From positions 3,637 to 67,636 of the forward strand of contig JAFYAI010000036.1 in NCBI GenBank assembly GCA_017540815.1: a DNA stretch of 64,000 bases, given 5' to 3'. Positions 28,333 to 37,921 of this stretch are shown here, one piece after another. Numbering within the stretch: position 1 is the stretch's first letter; each line of letters starts with the position of its first letter. Under the pieces are notes generated by a model. It was given only the letters and a program-made list of their open reading frames with translations. It had not been told where the DNA came from and did no database searches. Made by a program: the position numbers and the translations under genes. Source of the stretch: Spirochaetales bacterium. GTDB taxonomy: Bacteria > Spirochaetota > GWE2-31-10 > MWDO01.

Positions 28333-28368
28333 GATCAAAAAGGTGTGCTTTCGCACACCTTTTTGATC
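28333..28368. terminator. Palindromic terminator
   Basis: gatcaaaaaggtgtgc tttc gcacacctttttgatc. Confidence 0.75.
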
Positions 28369-28373
28369 GTATC

Positions 28374-29324
28374 TTACAGCTTTATCGCCATCGCGATAGT
28401 AACTTCTTTTTTCTCCCAATCGTATCCGCCGCCGATAGATGACCGCTCGAAGAAAGCAAGCCTCTGACCTGTAGTCTTGCGGTAAACAGATGCAATCCTA
28501 GATGCAAAACAAAACGGAATGGAACAAAATGGAGCTATGATACATCCTGTTATTAACAAAGGAATACCTGCAATTCCCGCTACATATGATATTCCCATCC
28601 ACATCATTTCACATACAATTCCAGAAAATGCAAAAGTTCCTCCAACAACTGCCAACGCAATACCTCCTCCGACATGCTTTTTGTAATAATATCGCATATC
28701 ATCTTCACTGTCAGGATCAATGCCCCATTTGTCGATGATATATGTGTCTCGGAATATCTCTTCCTTTCTCGTCATTCTGCCTCTCTTACTGCTGCGGCTG
28801 CGAGTCGGGCGATAGTCGTCATCGTAAGCATCCTCTTCCGATCCTGCAGCCACGCCGTGTTCATCTTTAGTGATCTGAGCGGCGATCGTCTTTATAGCGG
28901 CTTCAAGTTTGATGTCTGTGTCGCCGTTTGCCTGTTTGGCATATTTGAGCGTTGCAGTTTTGATGTCCATTCCTTTGACAGATATGACATTCTTGTTGCC
29001 GAATCTGAAAATAGTTCCGAAGAATACCATTTCCGCACCTGACATTTTACCTAACTCGACAGCTGATCCTTCATCAAACAGTTCACCCCGTTGGAATTTC
29101 ATCTCTTTCAGAGCGGCATCAAGTTTGCTTCGCTCTACAACAACGAAATTATTGGAATTAACCATCTCAACTGTAAAAACTTCAGTCAGATATGTCAGCA
29201 CAGCTGGGCTGATCTTCTCTTCCGATGAAAACGGCAGCACTGCAATACGCGTCTGTCCCTGTGCCGATACGCTTATAACTACAGCCATGATCATAATGAC
29301 TGCATACAATGTTTTTTTGTTCAT
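28374..29324 (-). CDS. Secreted protein with CsgG/LpoB-like N-terminal domain and C-terminal polytopic Gly-rich membrane segment
   Basis: AGGAG RBS before ATG 29324 (MNKKTLYAVIMIMAVVISVSAQ signal). IAVLPFSS...FVVVERSKLDAALKE...GAEMVFFGTI pattern. Paralog of 49367-50296. Confidence 0.5.
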   Translation of the reverse strand: MNKKTLYAVIMIMAVVISVSAQGQTRIAVLPFSSEEKISPAVLTYLTEVFTVEMVNSNNFVVVERSKLDAALKEMKFQRGELFDEGSAVELGKMSGAEMVFFGTIFRFGNKNVISVKGMDIKTATLKYAKQANGDTDIKLEAAIKTIAAQITKDEHGVAAGSEEDAYDDDYRPTRSRSSKRGRMTRKEEIFRDTYIIDKWGIDPDSEDDMRYYYKKHVGGGIALAVVGGTFAFSGIVCEMMWMGISYVAGIAGIPLLITGCIIAPFCSIPFCFASRIASVYRKTTGQRLAFFERSSIGGGYDWEKKEVTIAMAIKL

Positions 29325-29535
29325 AAATAAATATCTCCTGTAAAAAGTGTTTTTTACGAATGAGTATAACATTCCCGACGGCATGATGCCGACCGAGGCA
29401 CGATCCCATCCGCATTTGTAAATTAGAATACCACAATTGAATAACCGAAAAAATATGAAATTATGAAGAAATATTTGTTCTCATAAGCAAGAACCTCCGT
29501 CTATGTATTAAACAAAAACGCCCGCATCAAAGAAG

Positions 29536-29666
29536 CTAGACCGGACAGACACATTCCATAGACAAAAAACTCATCTCTCCCATCTTTGATACGGGGAGTT
29601 CACGAGGAATACCCATTATGAGAGTGTCTATGAAAAATGTCTGTGTGCAGTGTCGGGGTCTAGACC
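29536..29666. mobile_element. About 130-bp element bounded by about 28-bp imperfect terminal inverted repeats (MITE-like) in the bioB upstream region; alternatively a long-stem cis-regulatory RNA
   Basis: ctagaccggacagacacattccatagac ... gtctatgaaaaatgtctgtgtgcagtgtcggggtctagacc. Internal ctccc/gggag hairpin. Confidence 0.3.
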
Positions 29667-29777
29667 GATATTGCACAAGTTTTTATTCGATTAGAGTTTA
29701 CATAAAAAAAGTATTTTAGTCAAGAAATAATTGAAAAAATCCAAAGTTAGTGCTATAATACGATTGGGGAGGTAAGT

Positions 29778-30761
29778 ATGAACATTTCAGAATTAGCAGA
29801 CAATATCATAAACGGATACCGCATAATGCGTGATACGGATCTGCCGGACGGTACAAAGGTTCCGCAGATATTTTTCGACAGTGAGCTGTCTCAATTGTGC
29901 GAAGCGGCAGACAGGATAAGGCAGTCGCTGAAAGGCAACAATGTCGGGCTGTGCAGCATAATAAACGGCAAGAGCGGTAAGTGCTCGGAGAACTGCCGAT
30001 ACTGTGCACAATCTGCTCATAACAAGACAGGAGTCAAAGAATATCCGTTCTTAGATCCTGATGTCATTATAAAGGAAGGCAAATACAATGCGTCAAAAGG
30101 CGTGCATCGTTTCGCTATCGTAACGGCAGGGCGTGCTCTGACAGGAGATGACTTTGAGAAGGCTTTGACCGCTTACCGCACTCTGCACAATGAGACTAAT
30201 CTCGGACTGTGTGCATCGATGGGACTGCTCACCGATGAACAGTTTGCTCAGCTCAAGGACAGCGGCGTTACCCGCTATCACTGCAACATAGAGACCTCGA
30301 AACGCAACTTCCCCAATATCTGCACGACGCATACCTACGAAGACAAGATCAAGCGATTAAAGCAGGCCCGGTCTCACGGGTTAAGCATTTGCTCCGGAGG
30401 TATCATCGGCATGGGTGAGACTTGGGAGGATAGATTTGATATGGCTGTGAGTCTCGCCGAGCTTGGTGTGGACTCTATCCCTCTCAATGCACTGACTCCG
30501 ATACCTGGAACTCCGCTGGAGCATCAGGAGCAGTTATCCGCCGATGACATTCTTAGGACTGTGGCGATGTTCCGATTCGTTGCACCGACTGCCGATGTCA
30601 GGATGGCGGCAGGCAGATGTATCATCGATAATGCCGGAGCGGCAGCATTCTTGTCCGGAGCGAACTCCGCTATAACAGGCGATATGCTGACTACGACCGG
30701 CAGCACTATCGACACTGATATGGCGATGCTTAAAGATAACGGATTTGATGTGAATGTGTAA
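29778..30761 (+). CDS. bioB: Biotin synthase (radical SAM)
   Basis: CSENCRYCAQS radical-SAM cluster motif. CSGGIIGMGET, IPLNALTPIPGTPLE, VRMAAGR, FLSGANSAITGD colinear with BioB. Confidence 0.85.
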   Translation: MNISELADNIINGYRIMRDTDLPDGTKVPQIFFDSELSQLCEAADRIRQSLKGNNVGLCSIINGKSGKCSENCRYCAQSAHNKTGVKEYPFLDPDVIIKEGKYNASKGVHRFAIVTAGRALTGDDFEKALTAYRTLHNETNLGLCASMGLLTDEQFAQLKDSGVTRYHCNIETSKRNFPNICTTHTYEDKIKRLKQARSHGLSICSGGIIGMGETWEDRFDMAVSLAELGVDSIPLNALTPIPGTPLEHQEQLSADDILRTVAMFRFVAPTADVRMAAGRCIIDNAGAAAFLSGANSAITGDMLTTTGSTIDTDMAMLKDNGFDVNV

Positions 30762-30856
30762 TCACATTATAATAAATAGTAATATTATTATGCTTTTTCT
30801 GATTGACAGAAACTGTCTAAAGTTATAAAATAATAAAAAAATATATGGAGCAAAAT

Positions 30857-31609
30857 ATGAAAAAAATCCTGACTTTATTAATTGCTTTCGTAACGCTTTT
30901 TTCGTTCAGTTCCTGCAAGAAAAGCGAATCAGCCAAAGTTTGGATCATTGCGACAGATACGGTATTCAGACCATTTGAATATACTGATGCAGATAATAAT
31001 TTTGTCGGCATTGATGTCGATATACTTGCTGCGATAGCAGAAGATCAGGGATTCCGATATACACTGCAGAGTCTTGGTTGGGATGCCGGCGTTGGAGCTG
31101 TGCAGGTTGGACGGGCAGATGCACTTATCGCCGGTGCTACGATCAAACAGTCACGCATTGATGCAGGATGGATTTTTTCTGACGGGTATTTTAATGCGAC
31201 GCAGACATTTGTTGTTGCTGCGGACAGCTCGATCTCTAAGTTTGAAGACCTTGCCGGTAAGAATGTTGCCGTTAAATACGGAACTGCCGGAGCGGATTTC
31301 GCTAACTCGCTCAAAGACAAATACGGTTTTACAGTCAGTGTATTTGAAGACTCACCTGCAATGTATGAAGATGTCATCTCCGGCAATAGTGCCGCATGTT
31401 GTGAAGATACTCCTATTATGGCTGATTCTATTAAACATGCCGGTCTTGCTCTTAAGATCCCGGATGGTATGGAGAGTGAAGGTGCTCCGTATGGATTTGT
31501 AATTATGAATCCTGCCAACAGTGTTTTGATCGAGATGTTTAACAAAGGTCTGGCAAATATCAAAGCTGACGGCAAATATCAGGCAATCCTTGATAAATAT
31601 CTGAAATAA
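30857..31609 (+). CDS. Polar amino-acid ABC transporter substrate-binding lipoprotein (SBP_bac_3 family), orphan with no adjacent permease/ATPase
   Basis: GGAG RBS before MKKILTLLIAFVTLFSFSSC lipobox. Periplasmic binding-protein type II fold motifs. Confidence 0.75.
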   Translation: MKKILTLLIAFVTLFSFSSCKKSESAKVWIIATDTVFRPFEYTDADNNFVGIDVDILAAIAEDQGFRYTLQSLGWDAGVGAVQVGRADALIAGATIKQSRIDAGWIFSDGYFNATQTFVVAADSSISKFEDLAGKNVAVKYGTAGADFANSLKDKYGFTVSVFEDSPAMYEDVISGNSAACCEDTPIMADSIKHAGLALKIPDGMESEGAPYGFVIMNPANSVLIEMFNKGLANIKADGKYQAILDKYLK

Positions 31610-31637
31610 TCAGATTTCACGCCGTGAATGTGTAAAT

Positions 31638-31694
31638 ACCAACAAAAAAAGTCATCATTTATGATAAAAAATGATGACTTTTTTTGTTGGTATT
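31638..31694. terminator. Long perfect palindromic terminator
   Basis: accaacaaaaaaagtcatcatttatgataaaaaatgatgactttttttgttggt. Confidence 0.85.
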
Positions 31695-31784
31695 TATTAA
31701 TTTTATATTATTTTCACATTTTTTATTGAATTTTCTTCCAAAATACAATAAAATATAAAAAAATACTAATTCGGAGTAAAACTT

Positions 31785-32942
31785 ATGGGTTTATTTAGTG
31801 CGATTAAGGGTCAGTTAATCGATGTAATCGAATGGACTGACAACAGCCAGAATACAATGGTTTGGAAATTCCAGAATCCAAATAATAAAGATGAGATTAA
31901 AAACGGTGCTCAGTTGATTGTGCGTGAGTCGCAGAGTGCTGTATTCCTGCTGGAAGGTGAGTTTGGTGAAGTTTACGGTCCGGGCCGTCATGAATTGGTC
32001 ACAAGAAATATGCCGATCATTACTTCATTGAAGTCTTGGAAGTACGGATTTGACTCGCCGTTTAAGTGCGATGTTTATTTCGTCAATACGAAGCAGTTCC
32101 TCGATCAGAAATGGGGAACGAGCAATCCGATAATGATGCGCGATGCTGAGTTCGGTGCTATTCGTCTGCGAGGTTTCGGTAATTACGCATTCCGCGTAAC
32201 AGATCCCGTGAAGTTCCTCAAAGATGTATTCGGCACGAATGCTAACTTTAAGACAGAAGATCTGACAGGACATATCAAGAGATTGATTCTTTCCGGTCTG
32301 ACAGATTATATCGCAGAGTCGAAGATACCTGCACTTGATCTGGCTATGAATTACGACGAGCTGGGCGAAGGCACACTGAAGAAGCTGCGATCTAAGTTCG
32401 GCGATATGGGTATCGACATTACTCAGTTCTGTATTGAGAATCTGTCTCTGCCGGAAGAAGTGGAGAAGATGCTCGACAAGAAAACTCAGATGGGTATCAT
32501 CGGCAATACACAGCAGTATGCACAGTTCCAGATGGCTGACAGTATTAAGGACTTTGCCAATAAGCAGGGCGGCATGGGCGGCGGATTCGCTGATGCCGGT
32601 ATGGGTATGGCTATGGGGCAGATGATGGGCAATATGATGGGCGGCATGATGAATAACGGCTATCAGCAGCAGCCTCCTCAGTATAATCAGGGCGGAGCAA
32701 TGCCGCCGCCGATGCCGGGTGCGGTTAAGTTCCATGCAGTGATTAATGGTGCTCAGTCAGGTCCGTTCGAGATTGGAGCACTGCAGCAGATGATAGCAAG
32801 CGGTCAGTTTAATCGCCAGACACTTGTATGGAAAGACGGTATGGCTAATTGGGCTGCAGCAGGCACTGTGCCTGAGTTGTCTCAGCTCTTCGGAGCAGTT
32901 CCACCGCCACCGCCGGTTCCACCAGTGCCACCGCAGATGTAA
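31785..32942 (+). CDS. SPFH/band-7 domain protein (COG4260-type) with Gly/Met-rich linker and C-terminal DUF4339 (GYF-like) domain
   Basis: N-terminal MGLFSAIKGQLIDVIEW...LIVRESQ typical of this SPFH subfamily. C-terminal KFHAVINGAQSGPFEIGALQQMIASGQFNRQTLVWKDGMANW matches DUF4339. Confidence 0.7.
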   Translation: MGLFSAIKGQLIDVIEWTDNSQNTMVWKFQNPNNKDEIKNGAQLIVRESQSAVFLLEGEFGEVYGPGRHELVTRNMPIITSLKSWKYGFDSPFKCDVYFVNTKQFLDQKWGTSNPIMMRDAEFGAIRLRGFGNYAFRVTDPVKFLKDVFGTNANFKTEDLTGHIKRLILSGLTDYIAESKIPALDLAMNYDELGEGTLKKLRSKFGDMGIDITQFCIENLSLPEEVEKMLDKKTQMGIIGNTQQYAQFQMADSIKDFANKQGGMGGGFADAGMGMAMGQMMGNMMGGMMNNGYQQQPPQYNQGGAMPPPMPGAVKFHAVINGAQSGPFEIGALQQMIASGQFNRQTLVWKDGMANWAAAGTVPELSQLFGAVPPPPPVPPVPPQM

Positions 32943-32972
32943 TGCATAATGCATAATTCATAATGCATAATT
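32936..32972 (+). repeat. Tandem heptamer repeat (TGCATAA)x4 with one variant, overlapping the SPFH gene stop
   Basis: gtaatgcataatgcataattcataatgcataatt. Confidence 0.6.
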
Positions 32973-33016
32973 AGCCGTGCACTTTGTCAGCCAAAGGCTG
33001 GCAAAGTGCACGGCTG
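32973..33016 (+). terminator. 20-bp-stem hairpin (terminator-like, no T-run)
   Basis: agccgtgcactttgtcagcc aaa ggctggcaaagtgcacggct. Confidence 0.45.
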
Positions 33017-33032
33017 AATTTAGGATAATATT

Positions 33033-34415
33033 ATGGCAATAATTTCAGACATTGTAACTAAACAGAGAGAGTTTTATCTGACCAATCGAACAAGGGATGT
33101 GAGATTTCGGGTGGAGCAGCTGAAACTGCTCAAACAGAATATAATTAAATATGAGTCACGCATTATCGAAGCTTTAAATACAGATCTGCATAAGTCGCAG
33201 TTCGAGGCATTTACAACTGAGATCGGGATGGTTTTGTCGGAGCTGACATTTATGATTAATCATGTCAAAAAGTATGCCAGACCGACGAAAGTAAAGACTC
33301 CTATACATCAGTTCCCTGCTAAGAGTATCATATATCATGAACCGTTCGGAACGGTGCTTATCATGTCGCCGTGGAATTATCCTGTTAATCTTACTTTGAC
33401 ACCGCTTGTCGGAGCGATCGCCGGAGGCAATACTGCGGTGATTAAGCCGTCGGCGTATTCCGCATCAGTATCGGCAACAATTGCAGAGCTGATTAAAGAC
33501 ACATTCGAGCCTGAGTATGTCACGGTTATTCAGGGCGGCAGAGCGGAGAATCAGGATCTGCTGAAGCAGCACTTTGATCTGATATTTTTTACCGGCAGTC
33601 CGGCTGTCGGCAAGGAAGTTATGGCTGCCGCTGCTGCCAATCTTACTCCTGTTGTGCTGGAGTTGGGCGGTAAGAGTCCGGCGATTATAGATGACTCGGC
33701 TGATATGGATTTGGCTGCTAAGCGGCTGATGTGGGGCAAGACAGTTAATGCCGGTCAGACATGTGTTGCACCTGATTATGTATTTGTGTCACGGCGGAAT
33801 GCGGAAGTATTTCTAAAGAAATGTATCGAACAGCTGCATGTCCTCTATCCTTCGCAGAATGGCGGAGAGCCGGACTACAGCGGTATGACTCATATCATTA
33901 ATGACAAGCATTATAAGCGTTTGGAGAATCTGCTTAAGCATTCGCCGATATATTACGGCGGAGAATGCGATGCAAGCCAGAGAATGATCAAGCCTACGCT
34001 GATATATCCTGCCGCAGAGTCTGACGAGATAATGCAGTCGGAGATATTCGGCCCTATACTCCCGGTTATGGTGTATGACGATATGGATGAAGTTGCAGAG
34101 TTCGTCTGCAGCCGTCCGCGTCCTCTGGCATTGTATCTGTTTGCCGAGGATAAAGATGTGATTAACCGCATTATGAATAATGTTCCGTTCGGCGGCGGCT
34201 GTGTCAATGACACAATTGTGCATCTTGCCAGCGATACTTTGCCTTTCGGCGGTATCGGCAACAGCGGTATGGGCAGATATCACGGCAAAGCGAGCTTTGA
34301 CTGTTTCACATGCGATAAGTCTGTGCTGAACAAGTCCACTAAGATGGATCTGCCGATGCGTTATCCGCCGTATACGGAGCAGTCTCTTAATCTGGTCAAG
34401 AAGTTCTTAAAATAA
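33033..34415 (+). CDS. Aldehyde dehydrogenase, class-3-like NAD(P)+ ALDH family
   Basis: ELGGKSP and catalytic GQTCVAPDY motifs; length 460 aa. Confidence 0.85.
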   Translation: MAIISDIVTKQREFYLTNRTRDVRFRVEQLKLLKQNIIKYESRIIEALNTDLHKSQFEAFTTEIGMVLSELTFMINHVKKYARPTKVKTPIHQFPAKSIIYHEPFGTVLIMSPWNYPVNLTLTPLVGAIAGGNTAVIKPSAYSASVSATIAELIKDTFEPEYVTVIQGGRAENQDLLKQHFDLIFFTGSPAVGKEVMAAAAANLTPVVLELGGKSPAIIDDSADMDLAAKRLMWGKTVNAGQTCVAPDYVFVSRRNAEVFLKKCIEQLHVLYPSQNGGEPDYSGMTHIINDKHYKRLENLLKHSPIYYGGECDASQRMIKPTLIYPAAESDEIMQSEIFGPILPVMVYDDMDEVAEFVCSRPRPLALYLFAEDKDVINRIMNNVPFGGGCVNDTIVHLASDTLPFGGIGNSGMGRYHGKASFDCFTCDKSVLNKSTKMDLPMRYPPYTEQSLNLVKKFLK

Positions 34416-35230
34416 TGTCACAGTTGTATATCGGCACGAGCGGTTATGATTATCCGGAATGGGCAGGCGTATTTTATCCTGATAATCTTAAGCGTAAGGA
34501 CTATCTTGCGTATTATGCTGATGTATTTAATGCCGTTGAGCTGAATGGCACATTTTATCGGATGCCGACGAGCCGGCAGATGATGAGTTTAGCCAACCGC
34601 AGCGGGGACAGACTTCGCTTTAGCGTCAAAGCCAACCGTCTGCTCACACATGAGATCCCGGCAAATTGGAAAGATGAGGCTCAGTCATTTATTGAGGCGG
34701 TGAAGCCGCTGCATGACAGAGGGCTGCTTGGCAATATCCTCTTCCAGCTGCCGCAGTCATTTCACAGGACTCCTGATAACAGGCTTTATCTGGCGGAATT
34801 GCTTAAAGTTTTTGGAGATTATCCGCTTGCAGTGGAGTTTCGCCACAAAGAATGGATAAGATATTCTGTATTTGAGGGACTTGCCGAGCGTAATGCTTCA
34901 TTTGTATTCTGTGATATGCCGCGGCTGCCGTCGCTGCCGTCATTATTATATGACAATAGTATAACAGAACGGGTGCAGCATTCTGCGGGTATGGAGCGAA
35001 TGTATCTGAGACTGCATGGGCGTAACTCGGATGCGTGGTATGCCGGTGACAGCAGCTCAAACGGCAGTCAGCGATATGATTATCAGTATACCGAAGATGA
35101 ACTTGCACTGTTTGCATCCGAGATCCGCATTATTGCCGGGCACAGCAAATCTGTCGATGTTTTTTTTAATAACCATCCGCGGGGATATGGGGTGCAGAAT
35201 GCGATCAGGCTGAAGGAATTTTTATCTTAA
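34415..35230 (+). CDS. DUF72 (UPF0759/YecE-like) family protein
   Basis: YIGTSGYDYPEW...FYP N-terminal signature of DUF72. TAATG overlap with the ALDH gene. Confidence 0.75.
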   Translation: MSQLYIGTSGYDYPEWAGVFYPDNLKRKDYLAYYADVFNAVELNGTFYRMPTSRQMMSLANRSGDRLRFSVKANRLLTHEIPANWKDEAQSFIEAVKPLHDRGLLGNILFQLPQSFHRTPDNRLYLAELLKVFGDYPLAVEFRHKEWIRYSVFEGLAERNASFVFCDMPRLPSLPSLLYDNSITERVQHSAGMERMYLRLHGRNSDAWYAGDSSSNGSQRYDYQYTEDELALFASEIRIIAGHSKSVDVFFNNHPRGYGVQNAIRLKEFLS

Positions 35231-35311
35231 AAATATATAATCTTATAGACAAAAATCAAATTTTTTTGTAAAATACCACTGTATTATTTATCATTTCTCA
35301 AGGGGTATTAT

Positions 35312-36268
35312 ATGAAAAAATTTTTGATTTCGTTATTGATGGTGTGTGCTTTGGCATTCGGAGCTTTCGCTGATGAAGTGGCTGATGCAGAAGTCGAAGC
35401 ACAGAATGAGGCAATCGCTGCAGAGCAGGAAGCAGCTCAGAATGATGAGGCAGCAGAAGATGCTGCAGCAGAAGAAAACGCAGAAGGTGAAACCGTTGCC
35501 GAAGAAGCTCCGGCTGAAGAGGCTGCTGAAGTGGCAGAGCCTACAGAGAATACGGAAGAGCCTGTCGTTGCAGAAGGCGATAATGGCGAAGAAGAAGCAG
35601 AGCCTGCTGCAAACGGTGAAGATATTGCTGCTGCAGAGGATACTCCGGCTGAAGAACCAGAAGCTGCTGCAGAAGAAACAGAACCGACCGCAGAAGAGGC
35701 AGTTGCCGAGACTGTAACCGAAACAGCTGCAGAAGAGACCACAGAGCCTGAGCCGATTGTAGTGCAGGAAGATAATCCGGAAGAACCTTATGATAATGCG
35801 GGTGAAGAAGAGCAGACAGAAACTGCAGAAACTTCACTGCCGGATATGGGTGATGTCACTGCTGCAGCCGAAGATATTGCAGATACCGCTATTGAAACTG
35901 CCGCAGGTGTTGCAGAGGAAGAACTCAACGCTCTTATTGCGTCATTCCCGAAAGGCGTGTGGATCGATGAGAAGTATAACGCTGCATGGGTATTCGACGA
36001 GAACGGAACACTGACTGTTCAGAATGCCAAAACAGGCAAGGTTTATTTCACATTCTCGCTTAATAAGATCAACAGTTACTCGGTTGTACCGACTGCCGAC
36101 GGTATCGCAGTATCGTTCGTCTGCGGTGAGACTAAGCGTCAGTACACATTCACCAAGTCTAATGAAAACGATTACAATATGACGCTGCAGATCCAAGCTA
36201 AATGGCTCAAAGGCGGCTATACGACGACAATGACCAAGAAACAGGATATTAATGTCGGGAAGAATTAA
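35312..36268 (+). CDS. Secreted highly acidic (Glu/Ala-rich) low-complexity protein with small C-terminal folded domain
   Basis: Signal peptide MKKFLISLLMVCALAFGAFA. About 170 aa of E/A/T-rich low complexity. Confidence 0.5.
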   Translation: MKKFLISLLMVCALAFGAFADEVADAEVEAQNEAIAAEQEAAQNDEAAEDAAAEENAEGETVAEEAPAEEAAEVAEPTENTEEPVVAEGDNGEEEAEPAANGEDIAAAEDTPAEEPEAAAEETEPTAEEAVAETVTETAAEETTEPEPIVVQEDNPEEPYDNAGEEEQTETAETSLPDMGDVTAAAEDIADTAIETAAGVAEEELNALIASFPKGVWIDEKYNAAWVFDENGTLTVQNAKTGKVYFTFSLNKINSYSVVPTADGIAVSFVCGETKRQYTFTKSNENDYNMTLQIQAKWLKGGYTTTMTKKQDINVGKN

Positions 36269-36287
36269 TTCACTTTAAGATAAGAAA

Positions 36288-36358
36288 ACGAATTTTACCA
36301 CGCTTTTTGCTTGATAAAATTCGTTTTTTATTGACTAAATCCGATTTTATGCTATAAT
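36288..36358 (+). promoter_or_regulatory. Terminator-promoter cassette, copy 1 (hairpin acgaatttta...taaaattcgt + T6, then TTGACTAAAT-N-TATAAT)
   Basis: 10-bp stem hairpin with T-run, then ttgact, 16 bp, tataat directly upstream of hicA. Confidence 0.6.
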
Positions 36359-36364
36359 AATATT

Positions 36365-36622
36365 ATGTCATCTTGGGATAAATTATTAGAAAAAATTAAA
36401 TCTTTGAATAAAGATATGCGTTTTGCAGAACTGCAAAAAGTCTTGCAAAATTATGGATATGTTATGACTGCACCGCGAAGTGGAAGCAGTCATTATATAT
36501 TCAGGAAAAAAGGTTGTAATCCAATTACAATACCGAAGCATGAACCGATAAAAACAGTTTATGTAAAAATGGTGCGTGAAATTATTGAGACTGAACAGAC
36601 CAGTGGAAATGCGGAGGAGTAA
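36365..36622 (+). CDS. hicA: HicA family toxin (mRNA interferase)
   Basis: 85-aa protein with LQKVLQNYGYVMTAPRSGSSHYIFRKKG...ITIPKH pattern of HicA. Confidence 0.75.
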   Translation: MSSWDKLLEKIKSLNKDMRFAELQKVLQNYGYVMTAPRSGSSHYIFRKKGCNPITIPKHEPIKTVYVKMVREIIETEQTSGNAEE

Positions 36623-36624
36623 TA

Positions 36625-36879
36625 ATGACTGTAGATGAATATATGGAACTGCCTTATAGAATTGAAATCATTCCTGATACAGAAGAGTCGGGGTTTGTTG
36701 CTTATTACCCTGAGTTGCCCGGATGTATTTCGTGCGGAGAGACAGTAACAGATGCTGTTGCAAATATTGAAGATGCAAAACGTGAATGGATTACTGCTGC
36801 ACTTGAAGATGGTATTGTAATCGCCAAACCTGAGAATCGGTATGTTTATTTCAAAAAGATTCAAAGACAGAGTATGTGA
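36625..36879 (+). CDS. hicB: HicB family antitoxin (UPF0150)
   Basis: YRIEIIPDTEESGFVAYYPELPGCISCGETVTDAVANIEDA matches the HicB N-domain; 2-nt gap after hicA. Confidence 0.75.
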   Translation: MTVDEYMELPYRIEIIPDTEESGFVAYYPELPGCISCGETVTDAVANIEDAKREWITAALEDGIVIAKPENRYVYFKKIQRQSM

Positions 36880-36942
36880 TAATACTATAATTTCAATATT
36901 TTTGTAAGTATACAAAGAGAAAACAATAACTTGAGGTAATCT

Positions 36943-37842
36943 ATGAAAGATCTTTGTTCCCTTACTTATGGAATTGTCGGGCTGGGTATAATGGGCGGCT
37001 CGATCGCCAAGGCTATACGGCAGAATATACTGAGCCGTCATGATGCTACAGGGCGGATACTTGCCTGCAACCGCAGTGCGGCGAGTTTGTCGCAGGCACT
37101 GTCGGAAGGAGTTATTGACGAGGGGTATTCGTCTGAGAATGTGGATGAAATGCTTTGTGAATGTGACATCCTGTTTATATGTCTCTATCCGCATGCAACA
37201 CTTGACTTCATGCGGCAGCACAGAGAGTCGTTTAAGTCCGGTTCGATTATGACTGACATAAGCGGTGTCAAAGGAATATTTCCGCCTGTGCTTGCTGACA
37301 TTCTCAGACAGGATGTGGATTTCATCATCGGGCATCCGATGGCAGGCGGTGAGAAGGAAGGCTACATCAACTCTTCGGCTGCGTATTTCGTCAATCATAA
37401 CTACATTCTCATTCCGCAGAATTATAATAAACAAGAAAATCTGGAATTGATGCGGTGTCTTATCCGCGAGATGGGATTTACACGGATTACCGAGACGACT
37501 TGTGACATTCATGATTATAAGATAGGATTTACCAGCCAGCTCTGCCATGTCATCGCCAGTGCGTTGGTCGAGAGTGCCAAAGATGAGCAGATAACGGCAT
37601 TCGGCGGCGGCAGTTTCGAGGATCTGACGCGAATTGCGATGATCAACGCACCGCTGTGGACGGAGCTGTTCATCAGCAATAAAGACAAACTCATCGAGCA
37701 TATCGAAAACTTCGAGCATAAGATGGACGAGTTCAAGCAGGCGATCGCCAGTGAGAATGCCGAAGCCCTGCGTTCCTTGCTGGAAGACACTCGTGAGAAG
37801 CGAATTAAAATGGGATCGATTAGAACGGTGGTTAAAAAATAA
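36943..37842 (+). CDS. tyrA: Prephenate dehydrogenase
   Basis: GIVGLGIMGGSIAKA Rossmann motif and IIGHPMAGGEKEG signature. Confidence 0.85.
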   Translation: MKDLCSLTYGIVGLGIMGGSIAKAIRQNILSRHDATGRILACNRSAASLSQALSEGVIDEGYSSENVDEMLCECDILFICLYPHATLDFMRQHRESFKSGSIMTDISGVKGIFPPVLADILRQDVDFIIGHPMAGGEKEGYINSSAAYFVNHNYILIPQNYNKQENLELMRCLIREMGFTRITETTCDIHDYKIGFTSQLCHVIASALVESAKDEQITAFGGGSFEDLTRIAMINAPLWTELFISNKDKLIEHIENFEHKMDEFKQAIASENAEALRSLLEDTREKRIKMGSIRTVVKK

Positions 37843-37850
37843 ATTGGAAA

Positions 37851-37914
37851 AACGAATTTTGCCTTAGCAAAATTCATTTTTTTTGTTTGACTAAATGTTG
37901 TTTTGTGGTATAAT
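37851..37914 (+). promoter_or_regulatory. Terminator-promoter cassette, copy 2 (hairpin gaattttgc...gcaaaattc + T8, then TTGACTAAAT-N-TATAAT)
   Basis: Near-identical architecture and motif to the cassette at 36288-36358. Confidence 0.6.
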
Positions 37915-37921
37915 ACAACTA

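Noticed and set aside
35346-35837. Several overlapping sense and antisense ORFs (123 aa, 101 aa, 98 aa) within the acidic protein gene
   Set aside because: Low-complexity GAA/GCA-rich DNA yields open frames in all phases; only the signal-peptide-containing frame 35312-36268 is credible.
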